From: Coleofasciculus chthonoplastes F2-STO-03
GTDB taxonomy: Bacteria; Cyanobacteriota; Cyanobacteriia; Cyanobacteriales; Coleofasciculaceae
Assembly (NCBI GenBank): GCA_040222015.1
Contig: JAVJWO010000193.1
Span: 32,001-96,000, forward strand
Length of the DNA: 64,000 nt
Direction of reading: 5' to 3'
Part shown: in pieces, positions 1 to 9,058 of the stretch
Numbering within the stretch: the stretch's first letter is position 1
How the letters are laid out: every line of letters starts with the position of its first letter
Made by a program: the position numbers and the translations under genes
Notes under the pieces: model-generated
What the model saw: only the letters and a program-made list of their open reading frames with translations
Told to the model about the DNA's origin: nothing
Databases searched by the model: none

Positions 1-3000
1 CTGTAAAAAATTGAAACGCTAATGATAATTTTCCCTGGTGATATAGTATAATTGCCTCTTCAAATTTTTGCTTCGTTTGCTGCTTTAACCGTCGGCTATC
101 AACCGGATCAGTCTCAAACACCTCAAAGATAGGCACTAAATCCTTTTTACCTTTGACCTGAACTTGACCCATAAACCGATACTCATACTGGTTGGAATCA
201 TCCAAGTCAAATAATGTATGTCCACTCACCAGAATCGCCGCCCCATAGACTTTAGTTAAATCTTCCAGCCGGGATGCTAGGTTCACCGTATCAGAAATCA
301 CTGTACTTTCCATCCGTTGTTTTTCCCCAATCGTTCCTAGCATCAAACTCCCCGTATGCACGCCAATACCAATGGTTACTGGCGGATATCCAGCGTTTTG
401 GCGATCGCGATTATATCGGGCTACCTCCTGTTGCATCTCAATCGCGGCTTGCAAGGCGTCATCAGGGGTATGGGGAAACAATGCCATCACTGCATCGCCA
501 ATATATTTATCAATAAAACCCTGATGCTGGCGAATCACCGGACCGACTCGTTTTAAATACGCATTAATAAAGTTAAAATTTTCCTTGGGAGACATTTGTT
601 CCGACAAGGTGGTAAAGTTACGAATATCCGCAAACAACACCGACATCTCCTGCTGCACCTGATCCCCTAGCTGGACATCAACAATACTTTCACGTCCCAG
701 AAAGCGGAGGAATTCATGGGGAACAAAGCGACTATAGGCAGTATTGATTTTTGATAACCGCAGATGGGTTTTAATCCGTGCTAGCAATTCATTTTTCAGC
801 ACCGGTTTGGTGACATAATCATTAGCCCCCACTTCTAACCCAGCCACCAAATCAGACACCTGATTTTTCGCCGTTAACATCACAATCGGCATTTCTGACG
901 CCGAAAACTGCTGGCGAATTGCGCGGCAAACCTGATAACCTGACATTTTGGGCATCATCAGATCCAGGATAATTAAATCGGGTCTTAATCCCTTTTGAAT
1001 CTGATCTAAGGTTTCCATCCCATTCGTGGCGCGAATAATCCGATAGTTTTGGACAGAAAGGTGATTAGCAACGACTTGCAGATTAATCGGTTCATCATCA
1101 ACGACTAAAATGGTTAATTTTTGATTAGACGCGATCGTTGTCTCTTCCGGTAATGATGTCGGAAGTTGGATCGGGTTTGGTCGCACTTTGCTAATCAATT
1201 GGCTGATATTTAATGTCGGTTCTGGGGAGTTAGCACTAATGGGTAAGGTAAAGATAAATCGAGATCCCTGTCCCAATTCAGACTCAACCCGAATTGTACC
1301 ACCATGGAGTTCAACTAATTGTTTAGTAATACTCAAACCCAAACCCGTACCACTGTAAGATCGGGAGAGGGAGGTATCAACCTGTTCAAAGGATTTGAAA
1401 ATAGCCTCAAATTTATTTTCTTGAATCCCGATTCCTGTGTCCGCCACGGTGACTTCAATCTGGTTATTTCTTACCTGTGCGGATACGGTAACGAACCCGG
1501 ATTCAGTAAATTTAATTGCATTCCCCACTAAGTTATACATAATTTGTTGCAAGCGATTCTCATCCCCATCAACAGCAGATAAATTAGCTGGAATCTGGTT
1601 TTGCAGATGCAAGGATTTACCCATAACTAAGGGTTGACAAAGGGTAAGAACGACCTCAACAATTTGCTGAAAATCGACGGATGTACGTTGCAGTTGGATA
1701 TCTTGGTTTTTCAGTTTAGAGAAATCCAGGAGATCATTAACCAGATTGGAGAGGCGCTTTCCACTAGAGACAATCATCGCCAAGTTCGCAATTTGCATCT
1801 CAGACAGCGCCCCGGCTGCACCATCGATCAAGGATTCAGCAATACCAATAATCCCGTTCAGAGGCGTGCGGAGTTCGTGGGAGGTATTGGCGAGAAATTC
1901 GTCCTTGAGTTGGTCGAGGCGTTGCAGGGCGGCGTTTTTGGCTTCTAGTTCCTGAGTAAACTGGAGGCGATCGCGTTCAGCTTGTTTGCGTTGGGTGATA
2001 TCTTGAAACGCCGCGATCGCATAAATAATATTCCCCTGATCATCATAAATGGGTGTCCCCCAAGCTTCTAAGGGAACAATCCGATCCGGTTGATGAACTT
2101 CTACATCATCAATGATTGTTTTTTCTCCCCGCAATGCCCGAACTAAGGGTAAGTTTTCTGTGGGATATAACTTATCCGTCCCCGCGATATAAACCTGATA
2201 GGCTTGGGAGAGATTCTCAATTAATCCTTCTTTAGGAGCATCTAAACCATGTAATTCTAACCCCGTTTGATTCATATTAATCCATTTTCCCATGGCGTCA
2301 ATCACGCCAATTCCGACGGGAATCGCTTCTAGAATTTGGTTAAGTCTTCTCTCATTTTCCCGCAGCAGTACCGTTTCTTGTTCCTGCGCCCTAATTCTCC
2401 ACTGCACATAGCCGAAAACTGTACTGACTAAAGCCAAAACATACAAGGTGTAAGCCCATCCGGTTTTCCAGGGAGGCGGCGAAATAATCAGCTTAATCGA
2501 TGTCCCTTGTTCATTCCAAACCCCGTCATTATTTGACCCTTTTATTCTAAAGATGTACGTCCCACCATCGAGGTTAGTATAGGTGGCATAGCGTCTTGTT
2601 CCAGCCTGAATCCAGTCATGATCAAAGCCTTCTAATTTGTAGGCGTACTTATTTTTAGCTGGATTGCTATAGTCAAGGGCAGCAAATTCAAAGCCAAAGA
2701 AGTTCTCTTTGTAGGATAAGTGTAGTTTTTGAGTTTCTGAAATAGCGGTATCTAGTTTGACACTCTGGTTAAATTTCTGGAAATCTGTGATCACAATGGG
2801 CGGAATATGGGGATTATCCTTCACTTGCTCTGGATCAAAAAACGTGAATCCGTTGTCGCTGCCAAAAAACAGTTCATTGTTTGAGCTTTTGTAATAGGCT
2901 AACGTGTTACATTGATTACTCGCCAACCCATCATCAACATCGTAGTTTCTAATGGTTTCCGTTTGGGGATTAATTTTTGATAATCCCTTGACACTACTTA

Positions 3001-4927
3001 CCCAGAGATTTCCAAAGTCATCAGTTATAATAGCACAGAGAAAATCACTCTTCAGACCGTCTTTCTCGGTGTAGTGGGTAAAATTTTTATGTTCAGGATC
3101 AAATTTATTCAGTCCGGCTTCCGTGGCAATCCAAAGGGTTCCGGATTGGTCTTCCGATATTCCGACTACTCGATTACTACTCAAGCTATTTGGTTGATTC
3201 GGGTCATGTTGGTAATGGATAAATGTACCAGTGGCGCGATCAAATTGGTTGAGTCCTCCCCCATAGGTAGCAATCCAGAATCGATTCAAAGTGTCTTCAT
3301 AAATGGCTAAAATCTGATTTACGCTCAAGCTATTGGATTCATTCGGTTGATGAACCCAATGGGTAAATTTACCCGTCGTGGGATCGAATTGGTTGAGTCC
3401 ACCCCCAAATGTGCCAATCCATAAAGTTCCAGAACGGTCTTCATAAATGACTAGCACAGTATTATCACTGAGGCTATTTGAGTCATTTGGATCGTGGATA
3501 TAATGGACAAATTTTTCTGTGCGAGGGTCAAATCGATTTAATCCCTCATCTCCGCCGATCCAGAATTGACCCGAACTGTCTTGATAAATTGACCAGATAC
3601 TTTCACCCCTCAAGCTGTTGTAATCATTTGGGTTGTTGGTGTAATGGGTCAATTTCCCCGTGGTGCGATTCAGTTTATAAAGACCGCCATTATTCATACC
3701 TACCCAGACGAGACCCAAGTGGTCTTCATAAACTGCCCAAACCCCATCACCCTGTAAGCCATTGGGATTATCCGGTTCAATTTTGTAAGATTTAAATTTT
3801 TGTTTGGCTGGGTCAAATCGATTCACCCCATTTAACCAAGTACCAATCCAGATAGCACCTGTTGGATCAGCATAGATGGATAAAACATTATCACCACTTA
3901 AACTATTAGGTTGGGTGGGATTGTTGGAGTAATGCGTCCATTGTTCTCGCCGGGAATCAAGCAGGTCAACACCTTTACCCGTATAACTAGCATTCCATGT
4001 TCCTGAGCCAATCCAGAGCTGACCCCAACTGTCTTCAGTAATCGCACTTACGTTATCACAACTTAAACTGTTGGGATTATTGGGGTCATGAAGATAGTGA
4101 GTAAATTCTTGAGTGTCTGGGTGAAACTGATTCAGTCCACCCCCATTCGTACCAATCCATAAGACACCAGAAGCATCTTCATAAATTGCACTGATTCGAT
4201 TATCACTCAAGCTATTTGGATTATTCGGTTCATGGAGATAGTGAGTAAATTCTTGAGTGTCTGGGTGAAACTGATTAAGTCCACCTCCATTCGTGCCAAT
4301 CCATAAAACCCCCGCACTATCTTCATAAATGGTACTGATTCGATTATCACTCAAGCTATTCGGATTATTCGGTTCATGGAGATAGTGAGTAAATTCTTGA
4401 GTGTCTGGATTAAACTGATTAAGTCCACCCCCATCGGTGCCAATCCACAAGACACCAGAAGCATCTTCATAAATGGTACTGATTCGATTATCACTTAAGC
4501 TATTAAGATCATTGGGTTCATGAATATAATGAGTAAATTGCTCAGTTAAACGATCAAATCGGTTCAGTCCACCAGTTTGAGTCCCTATCCAGAGAAACCC
4601 TGATGAATCTTCGTAGAGAGATGAGACCCAATTATCCGACAGTGAATTCGGCTGTTCCGGCTCGTGTTTGTAAATTGTAAAATTGTATCCATCGTACTTA
4701 TTCACACCTTCTTGGGTACAAAACCAAATAAATCCTTTCCTGTCTTGTAAAACACAGTTTATCCCCACTAACCCATTGTCAGGCGGCAGGTGATCAAACG
4801 TCAGGTTCACAGCTTGAGCATACCCATGACTTGGGCAAATTAGTATAATTAACAAACTCAGCAGGAGAATTTGAAGCCCTCGGAGAATTTTGCTGCGGAT
4901 TTGGGAACCTAGGCTTCGGATGTCCAT
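1..4927 (-). CDS. Hybrid sensor: Reg_prop beta-propeller + Y_Y_Y + TM + PAS + His kinase + receiver + class III adenylate cyclase (3' end runs off the window)
   Basis: Segments translated by hand; start (MDIRSLGSQ..., ATG 4927), H-box and C-terminus checked to be in one frame. Motifs: signal-like N-terminus, repeated (S)LSDNxxxxIxEDxxGxLWIGT blades, [13 protein letters not shown]-box [16 protein letters not shown], receiver [13 protein letters not shown], cyclase [10 protein letters not shown] / [13 protein letters not shown] / [14 protein letters not shown]. Confidence 0.92.
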   Translation of the reverse strand, partial: MDIRSLGSQIRSKILRGLQILLLSLLIILICPSHGYAQAVNLTFDHLPPDNGLVGINCVLQDRKGFIWFCTQEGVNKYDGYNFTIYKHEPEQPNSLSDNWVSSLYEDSSGFLWIGTQTGGLNRFDRLTEQFTHYIHEPNDLNSLSDNRISTIYEDASGVLWIGTDGGGLNQFNPDTQEFTHYLHEPNNPNSLSDNRISTIYEDSAGVLWIGTNGGGLNQFHPDTQEFTHYLHEPNNPNSLSDNRISAIYEDASGVLWIGTNGGGLNQFHPDTQEFTHYLHDPNNPNSLSCDNVSAITEDSWGQLWIGSGTWNASYTGKGVDLLDSRREQWTHYSNNPTQPNSLSGDNVLSIYADPTGAIWIGTWLNGVNRFDPAKQKFKSYKIEPDNPNGLQGDGVWAVYEDHLGLVWVGMNNGGLYKLNRTTGKLTHYTNNPNDYNSLRGESIWSIYQDSSGQFWIGGDEGLNRFDPRTEKFVHYIHDPNDSNSLSDNTVLVIYEDRSGTLWIGTFGGGLNQFDPTTGKFTHWVHQPNESNSLSVNQILAIYEDTLNRFWIATYGGGLNQFDRATGTFIHYQHDPNQPNSLSSNRVVGISEDQSGTLWIATEAGLNKFDPEHKNFTHYTEKDGLKSDFLCAIITDDFGNLWVSSVKGLSKINPQTETIRNYDVDDGLASNQCNTLAYYKSSNNELFFGSDNGFTFFDPEQVKDNPHIPPIVITDFQKFNQSVKLDTAISETQKLHLSYKENFFGFEFAALDYSNPAKNKYAYKLEGFDHDWIQAGTRRYATYTNLDGGTYIFRIKGSNNDGVWNEQGTSIKLIISPPPWKTGWAYTLYVLALVSTVFGYVQWRIRAQEQETVLLRENERRLNQILEAIPVGIGVIDAMGKWINMNQTGLELHGLDAPKEGLIENLSQAYQVYIAGTDKLYPTENLPLVRALRGEKTIIDDVEVHQPDRIVPLEAWGTPIYDDQGNIIYAIAAFQDITQRKQAERDRLQFTQELEAKNAALQRLDQLKDEFLANTSHELRTPLNGIIGIAESLIDGAAGALSEMQIANLAMIVSSGKRLSNLVNDLLDFSKLKNQDIQLQRTSVDFQQIVEVVLTLCQPLVMGKSLHLQNQIPANLSAVDGDENRLQQIMYNLVGNAIKFTESGFVTVSAQVRNNQIEVTVADTGIGIQENKFEAIFKSFEQVDTSLSRSYSGTGLGLSITKQLVELHGGTIRVESELGQGSRFIFTLPISANSPEPTLNISQLISKVRPNPIQLPTSLPEETTIASNQKLTILVVDDEPINLQVVANHLSVQNYRIIRATNGMETLDQIQKGLRPDLIILDLMMPKMSGYQVCRAIRQQFSASEMPIVMLTAKNQVSDLVAGLEVGANDYVTKPVLKNELLARIKTHLRLSKINTAYSRFVPHEFLRFLGRESIVDVQLGDQVQQEMSVLFADIRNFTTLSEQMSPKENFNFINAYLKRVGPVIRQHQGFIDKYIGDAVMALFPHTPDDALQAAIEMQQEVARYNRDRQNAGYPPVTIGIGVHTGSLMLGTIGEKQRMESTVISDTVNLASRLEDLTKVYGAAILVSGHTLFDLDDSNQYEYRFMGQVQVKGKKDLVPIFEVFETDPVDSRRLKQQTKQKFEEAIILYHQGKLSLAFQFFT
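4093..4524 (-). repeat. Three near-identical 144-bp (48-aa) propeller-blade repeats inside the sensor gene
   Basis: GATAGTGAGTAAATTCTTGAGTGTCTGG recurs at 4093, 4237 and 4381. Confidence 0.9.
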
Positions 4928-5074
4928 GGGATACTTTACGCATTCTTGGTTGAGATACCTAGCTAACGTTTAGCTTAACTCCAACTTAATGTCAGCAGGG
5001 GTCGCTCGTTATACCGGAGGTTAACGGGTGGGGAATGCTGACCCGTATAAAAGGGCGAAGCATCCGCTTTATTT

Positions 5075-6358
5075 TCAGGTTTGATATTCATAGCCATCAG
5101 CTTTGTGGATATTTGCTAAATATTTGGGATGGACATCAAAACGCTTATTTGGCAGCAGTAGCATGAAACTTGGTCTAAATCTGATAGCGATTCGTCCTGT
5201 ATGTTTACCTGTATATTTACCTTTTGGGATATCGGCTTTAACCATATTGCCCGTCGTAAATCCCATAAAAAATTTAGATTTTGGGGCATGACGTGCAGGA
5301 AAACCATATTTGTCAGGACGGCATCGTTGTCTAGTTCCGTGTCCTTTTGCTACAACTTTTAGAGGCTTAATTCCTCTAATTAATAACTGCTCAGGGGTGG
5401 ATGCTCCCACACAAGAAGCATCAGTCCAGTGTTGCTTTTCAATCCCTCTGGTTTTACGGTTAAACTTGGTGCGACCTCCTGAACCTACTTCTACGGGTAA
5501 GCCAGTTGATTGCAGTCTTCTGAATAACTCCCAGCGAGTAGCATTAACTGCAGCCGCATCTTTAAGAGGTGCTAAGAGGTGAGCTAGGACTCCCTTGAGG
5601 ATGTCAGGCTTCTTTTTCAGGAATTCTTCAACGGGTCTGTTCCCTTTAGCTTGGTTGCAAGAATGACAACTAAGACTCATATTACTGACTCGGTTTGAGC
5701 CACCCTTACTTTTTGCCAGAATGTGTTCAATCTCGAACGGAACATTTTTAGCGCCACAGTAAGCACATTTTCTGTCCCATTTGTGAAGTAAATACTCTTT
5801 AACTTCAAAACCCAATAACTCACCCCTTTGGTACTCAACCCCGCTAATTTCAGGATTTTGCATTTGCTGAAGGTCAAACCTTACCAGTTCTTGAGAGATG
5901 GCTGAAATCGGACAGAGTTCTCTAATCCGTCGTACCCAAGTTTCAATGTTGGCAATCCGACTCTCCAGCGATGGTGGTAGCCATCCGGTTTTACGGGTTC
6001 TGTTTAAGAAACGAGGCTGGCGGTAACGGGTTTTACGGTTACGGCGTCCCCTTCTTAATGACCTGCGAGCTAAGAGGGAATTTTTAATTTGTTGCCCTCG
6101 GTGTGAGATTTCCATGGCGTTTGTTACTCGCCCCGTTTCTTCTTGAACGATGGCAAATCCAGTTACTTTACTGCCAGGATCAATTTTGATCCGATGTGGG
6201 TGCGTGACTGATTCTTCAACGGTTCTGTCTTGCAGGACAATAGTAAATGGATAGCGCTTGAATACTTTAGCCCTCCCTTTGTTCAGTAATTCTCTTGCTC
6301 TCGCTGGATGCGTTGGGTCAAGAGGTTGTAGGTCTTTGTCTAGAACGAAAACTCGCAT
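5075..6358 (-). CDS. iscB: RNA-guided endonuclease IscB (PLMP, split RuvC, bridge helix, HNH)
   Basis: MRVFVLDKDLQPLDP (PLMP), KIDPGSKVTG (RuvC-I), RRSLRRGRRNRKTRYR, QELVRFD (RuvC-II), CAYC..EHI..SN..CHSCN (HNH), HWTDA (RuvC-III); start moved to ATG 6358. Confidence 0.95.
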   Translation of the reverse strand: MRVFVLDKDLQPLDPTHPARARELLNKGRAKVFKRYPFTIVLQDRTVEESVTHPHRIKIDPGSKVTGFAIVQEETGRVTNAMEISHRGQQIKNSLLARRSLRRGRRNRKTRYRQPRFLNRTRKTGWLPPSLESRIANIETWVRRIRELCPISAISQELVRFDLQQMQNPEISGVEYQRGELLGFEVKEYLLHKWDRKCAYCGAKNVPFEIEHILAKSKGGSNRVSNMSLSCHSCNQAKGNRPVEEFLKKKPDILKGVLAHLLAPLKDAAAVNATRWELFRRLQSTGLPVEVGSGGRTKFNRKTRGIEKQHWTDASCVGASTPEQLLIRGIKPLKVVAKGHGTRQRCRPDKYGFPARHAPKSKFFMGFTTGNMVKADIPKGKYTGKHTGRIAIRFRPSFMLLLPNKRFDVHPKYLANIHKADGYEYQT

Positions 6359-6631
6359 TACTTTGAGACTCTCATTACTGGTTAAGTTTGCCTCGCCTTT
6401 GATATCTTGGCTTTTTACACTCAGCACACTGCTCGGAATACCCGTCCTTGCTGGTTAATGCTGAACAACAGAGCTACAAACTGGCTTAAGTTGGCTAGAC
6501 ACGTATTCGTAGGTGTTATGACCGAGATATCGATTACCCTCGAAAAGCCTTTTATCGAGGGAGGCTGGTCAACGTAGGGCTTTTTCAAGCCCCCGTTATA
6601 CCGCCTAAGCGGTTAACGGCGGGTCGTTGAC
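6359..6631 (-). ncRNA. IscB omegaRNA scaffold (HEARO-like)
   Basis: Minus strand reads GTCAACGACCCGCC...GGGGCTTG...GTTGACCAGCC...ACACC...GCCAG...GCTCTG...CAGTG...GGCGAGG, the usual motif order upstream of iscB; the 3' boundary is approximate. Confidence 0.8.
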
Positions 6632-6736
6632 GCTCTACTATAATTTTCTCAGTTATAGCAACTTGTTCAAGTGAAACCTCAGAACGCAGAAACTCAACCC
6701 GTCTGCAAGGTTGAGTGGTTGATTATAGCTTATATA

Positions 6737-6836
6737 TAGCGTTTTCATTTGAATTGTGAACCCCACCCCTGCCCTCCCCTTGCTAAGGGGAGGGCAGGGG
6801 TGGGGTAATATTTTCATGAATCATCTGTAAACACTA
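6737..6836. mobile_element. TA-flanked MITE-like element with central perfect GC-rich hairpin
   Basis: TA-TAGCGTTTTCA ... TGTAAACACTA-TA ends; inner palindrome ACCCCACCCCTGCCCTCCCCTT-GCT-AAGGGGAGGGCAGGGGTGGGGT. Confidence 0.65.
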
Positions 6837-6981
6837 TATAGAACAGGTTACAGAACTTTATACTACGGTGTATTACAGTAGCCAGGAAAAAACCCTAATT
6901 CTTGTTGGTGCGTATTACATCGAGTCTGAAACCGCTGTCATCATCACTATTGCTGAACAGTTAGTAACCCAGCCAAAATAG

Positions 6982-7011
6982 TGTAGAGACGTGCCATGGC
7001 ACGTCTCTACA
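6982..7011. repeat. REP-like palindrome GTAGAGACG..CCATGG..CGTCTCTAC (also 30547-30576, 60234-60261)
   Basis: Perfect palindromes, three dispersed copies. Confidence 0.85.
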
Positions 7012-7073
7012 TTGCTATAGAGTCTCAGGAAGTAGTATTGGGTTAACTGGTGGGTAAGTAGAGCTGAACAGGT

Positions 7074-7292
7074 CTACACACAGGGAACTTCAGTATCATC
7101 GCCAAACTGTCGGGCGCGTTCATCAACTAGCAAGCGAGTAAAATTATCTTCCCCCCCTTGTTTGATCAACTCTTTCTGCTCATCTGTCAAATCATACTCA
7201 TTGAGTACAGAATCAGGATCACTACCGAACGTTTGCAGTTTGTTGGGATCTTGCGCTAAATCGGCTAACAGATTAAATAAAGCAGATGCCAT
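7074..7292 (-). CDS. Small acidic helical protein, LigA/borosin-binding-domain/NHLP-clan-like (putative RiPP precursor B)
   Basis: AGGAG SD upstream; 28 of 62 ungapped identities with 8713-8937; L-A-Q-D-P..P..V..YDLTDEQ..GG pattern; tail DDTEVPCV. Confidence 0.75.
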   Translation of the reverse strand: MASALFNLLADLAQDPNKLQTFGSDPDSVLNEYDLTDEQKELIKQGGEDNFTRLLVDERARQFGDDTEVPCV

Positions 7293-7412
7293 AATCCTTA
7301 TCTCCTGTGTCAGGTTTTGCTGTTCAAAGAACTATTTTACTTGCCAATGAGTCAGCGAGTAACTCGAGCAATATACCATATCGGGTTTATGGTCTGATGT
7401 ATCCCGGTTGAC

Positions 7413-8552
7413 CTAGGATTGACGTATTTCATTCCCCAAATACACAGACATGATTTCTCGACTCATCTTACCGTAGTCACCGTCGTACCGGGACACATCA
7501 TAGCAACCCAAGGGATTCTCGACTAAGTTAATCCGGCATTTCTCACAATAGCTGCAAGGCTGATCTGGGCTATCTTTTCCTTGGGCAAATTGTTGCACCA
7601 AGTCAGGGTTAGCAATGAGGGCGCGGGCTAACGTGACGCCATCGCAATATCCACCATGAATCACTTGACGAATATAGGTCGCCGTTTGAAACCCTCCTGT
7701 ACACAACACAGGGATATGAACCGACTGTTTAATAGAATGGCTTCTATCAATATGGTCTCCCTTAATATCCAAAGGGAAATGGTTGTTCGCCGCTTGGGGA
7801 TAGGGGACTTTGCTCCCCAGATGTAGCGCATCCGCTCCAGCTTGTTCAATCCACTGACACAGTTGTACAGAATTCTCGCGAGTATCCAACGCCCCAACTT
7901 TGACCTGGACATGAAAATCCTGTCCCACCTGTTGACGGATCATTTTCAGGGTATCCAGTAAAAAGCGCGATCGCTCTTTTAATGAACCCCCATACTCATC
8001 CTCTCGCTGATTGACCGTAGGACTAAGAAACTGACCGATCAGATTCACCGGAACTCTAGTTCCCCCTGATTCCAAATCCCCTAAAAGTCGTCCCGTTCCT
8101 CCACTCGTTCCATCCACTTCCACGCCGTCTAATCCCGCTTCCCGCGCCCGTCTAGTTGCATCAGCAAACCATTGCATCGTTTCTTGAATTTGCTCAAGGG
8201 TCATCCTTTGACTCAGATTACCTAAGTGAGAACCACCGTAGCTAATTTGTAGGATATACTTACAGTCCCATTTGTGGACCGCCTCAGCCACCTGTCGCCA
8301 AAATGGAATCGTGCGATCGCTCTCAATCGTGGCACAGTGAGGAGCCATGCGTCCTTGGTTATGGATGGGTGCAACTCCGGAAAGGATCGCTCCCACACCC
8401 CCCTGAGCAAACCGTTCTTCCCATCGGAGACGTGCAGGAGTCCCTAATCCATCAGGATCATCAAAATTTCCGTAAGTATTAGCGCGAAAGATACGGTTTT
8501 TTACCGTAAGATTCCGAAATTTCAACGGTTCAAAGATAATATCATTGACCAT
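7413..8552 (-). CDS. NADH:flavin oxidoreductase / Old Yellow Enzyme family, atypical active site, C-terminal Cys cluster
   Basis: IFEPLKFRNLTVKNRI, AGLDGVEV, QFLSPTVNQREDEYGGSL, ARALIANPDL, CSYCEKC..GC. Confidence 0.9.
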   Translation of the reverse strand: MVNDIIFEPLKFRNLTVKNRIFRANTYGNFDDPDGLGTPARLRWEERFAQGGVGAILSGVAPIHNQGRMAPHCATIESDRTIPFWRQVAEAVHKWDCKYILQISYGGSHLGNLSQRMTLEQIQETMQWFADATRRAREAGLDGVEVDGTSGGTGRLLGDLESGGTRVPVNLIGQFLSPTVNQREDEYGGSLKERSRFLLDTLKMIRQQVGQDFHVQVKVGALDTRENSVQLCQWIEQAGADALHLGSKVPYPQAANNHFPLDIKGDHIDRSHSIKQSVHIPVLCTGGFQTATYIRQVIHGGYCDGVTLARALIANPDLVQQFAQGKDSPDQPCSYCEKCRINLVENPLGCYDVSRYDGDYGKMSREIMSVYLGNEIRQS

Positions 8553-8566
8553 GAGCAGATGCGTGA

Positions 8567-8690
8567 TAAGCTGTTCGGCATTTAAACCTTAATGTCAATA
8601 ATAACGAAATCCTTGTTGTGTGAGCATCTTGCTCACTGCATTGAGCATCTTGCTCGCTACCCATTCCCAATTTAAATGCATGACAGCTTA
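8567..8690. mobile_element. MITE-like element carrying GAGCATCTTGCTC hairpins (partial relatives at ~11573-11632 and ~35020-35122)
   Basis: Imperfect terminal inverted repeats TAAGCTGTTCGGCATTTAAA / TTTAAATGCATGACAGCTTA. Confidence 0.65.
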
Positions 8691-8712
8691 CCTTGATGAG
8701 ATAAGAATTAAA

Positions 8713-8937
8713 CTACATAAACGAATTGCCCAGTCGTTTAGCTCGTTCTGCCAGCATCAGTTTAATATAGTTCTCAGTCCCCCCAACTCGGATTAAATCT
8801 TTCTGCTCTTCGGTCAAGTCATACTCCTCAATTAGAGCGTCTTTTTGATTCAGATATTTATCAAATATCTCTGGGTCTTCTGCCATATCCACCAATAGCT
8901 TAAATACAGCCGATCCGGGCATATTGGTTTGCTCCAT
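8713..8937 (-). CDS. Small acidic helical protein, paralogue of 7074-7292 (putative RiPP precursor A)
   Basis: Strong AGGAGG SD before ATG 8937 (MEQTNMPGSAVF...); shared SAxFxLLxDxAxDP..EYDLTxEQKxLI.GG..N...L...ERA...G. Confidence 0.75.
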   Translation of the reverse strand: MEQTNMPGSAVFKLLVDMAEDPEIFDKYLNQKDALIEEYDLTEEQKDLIRVGGTENYIKLMLAERAKRLGNSFM

Positions 8938-9058
8938 TGCCAAAAAACCTCCTTTTTTTTGCGACAAACACGATTTATTGATCAACAGTATCATAAATTT
9001 TGTTATTTCTGTAATTCTAGACGTTCCACCGAAACGTCTCTAATGTCCTTCCTAATCC

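Larger units (their letters stand above)
4991..6631 (-). mobile_element. Non-autonomous IS200/IS605-superfamily IscB (OMEGA) element
   Basis: iscB plus upstream omegaRNA; related subterminal hairpins at both ends (CGTTAACC..GGTATAACG at ~5007-5027 and ~6593-6618); terminal GTCAAC at 6631; no tnpA. Confidence 0.85.

Noticed and set aside
274..3795. Short plus-strand ORFs in the track
   Set aside because: Antisense shadows of the large minus-strand sensor-cyclase gene
6632..7070. Possible CRISPR array next to iscB (also checked around tnpB)
   Set aside because: Only isolated palindromes; no regularly spaced direct repeats
7074..8937. Reading the two peptides as classical double-glycine bacteriocin precursors (..LTEEQKDLIRVGG)
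   Set aside because: Spacing is one residue off the ELSxxELxxVxGG consensus, the sequence after GG stays conserved between paralogues, and no C39 peptidase transporter is nearby; kept only as a weaker alternative
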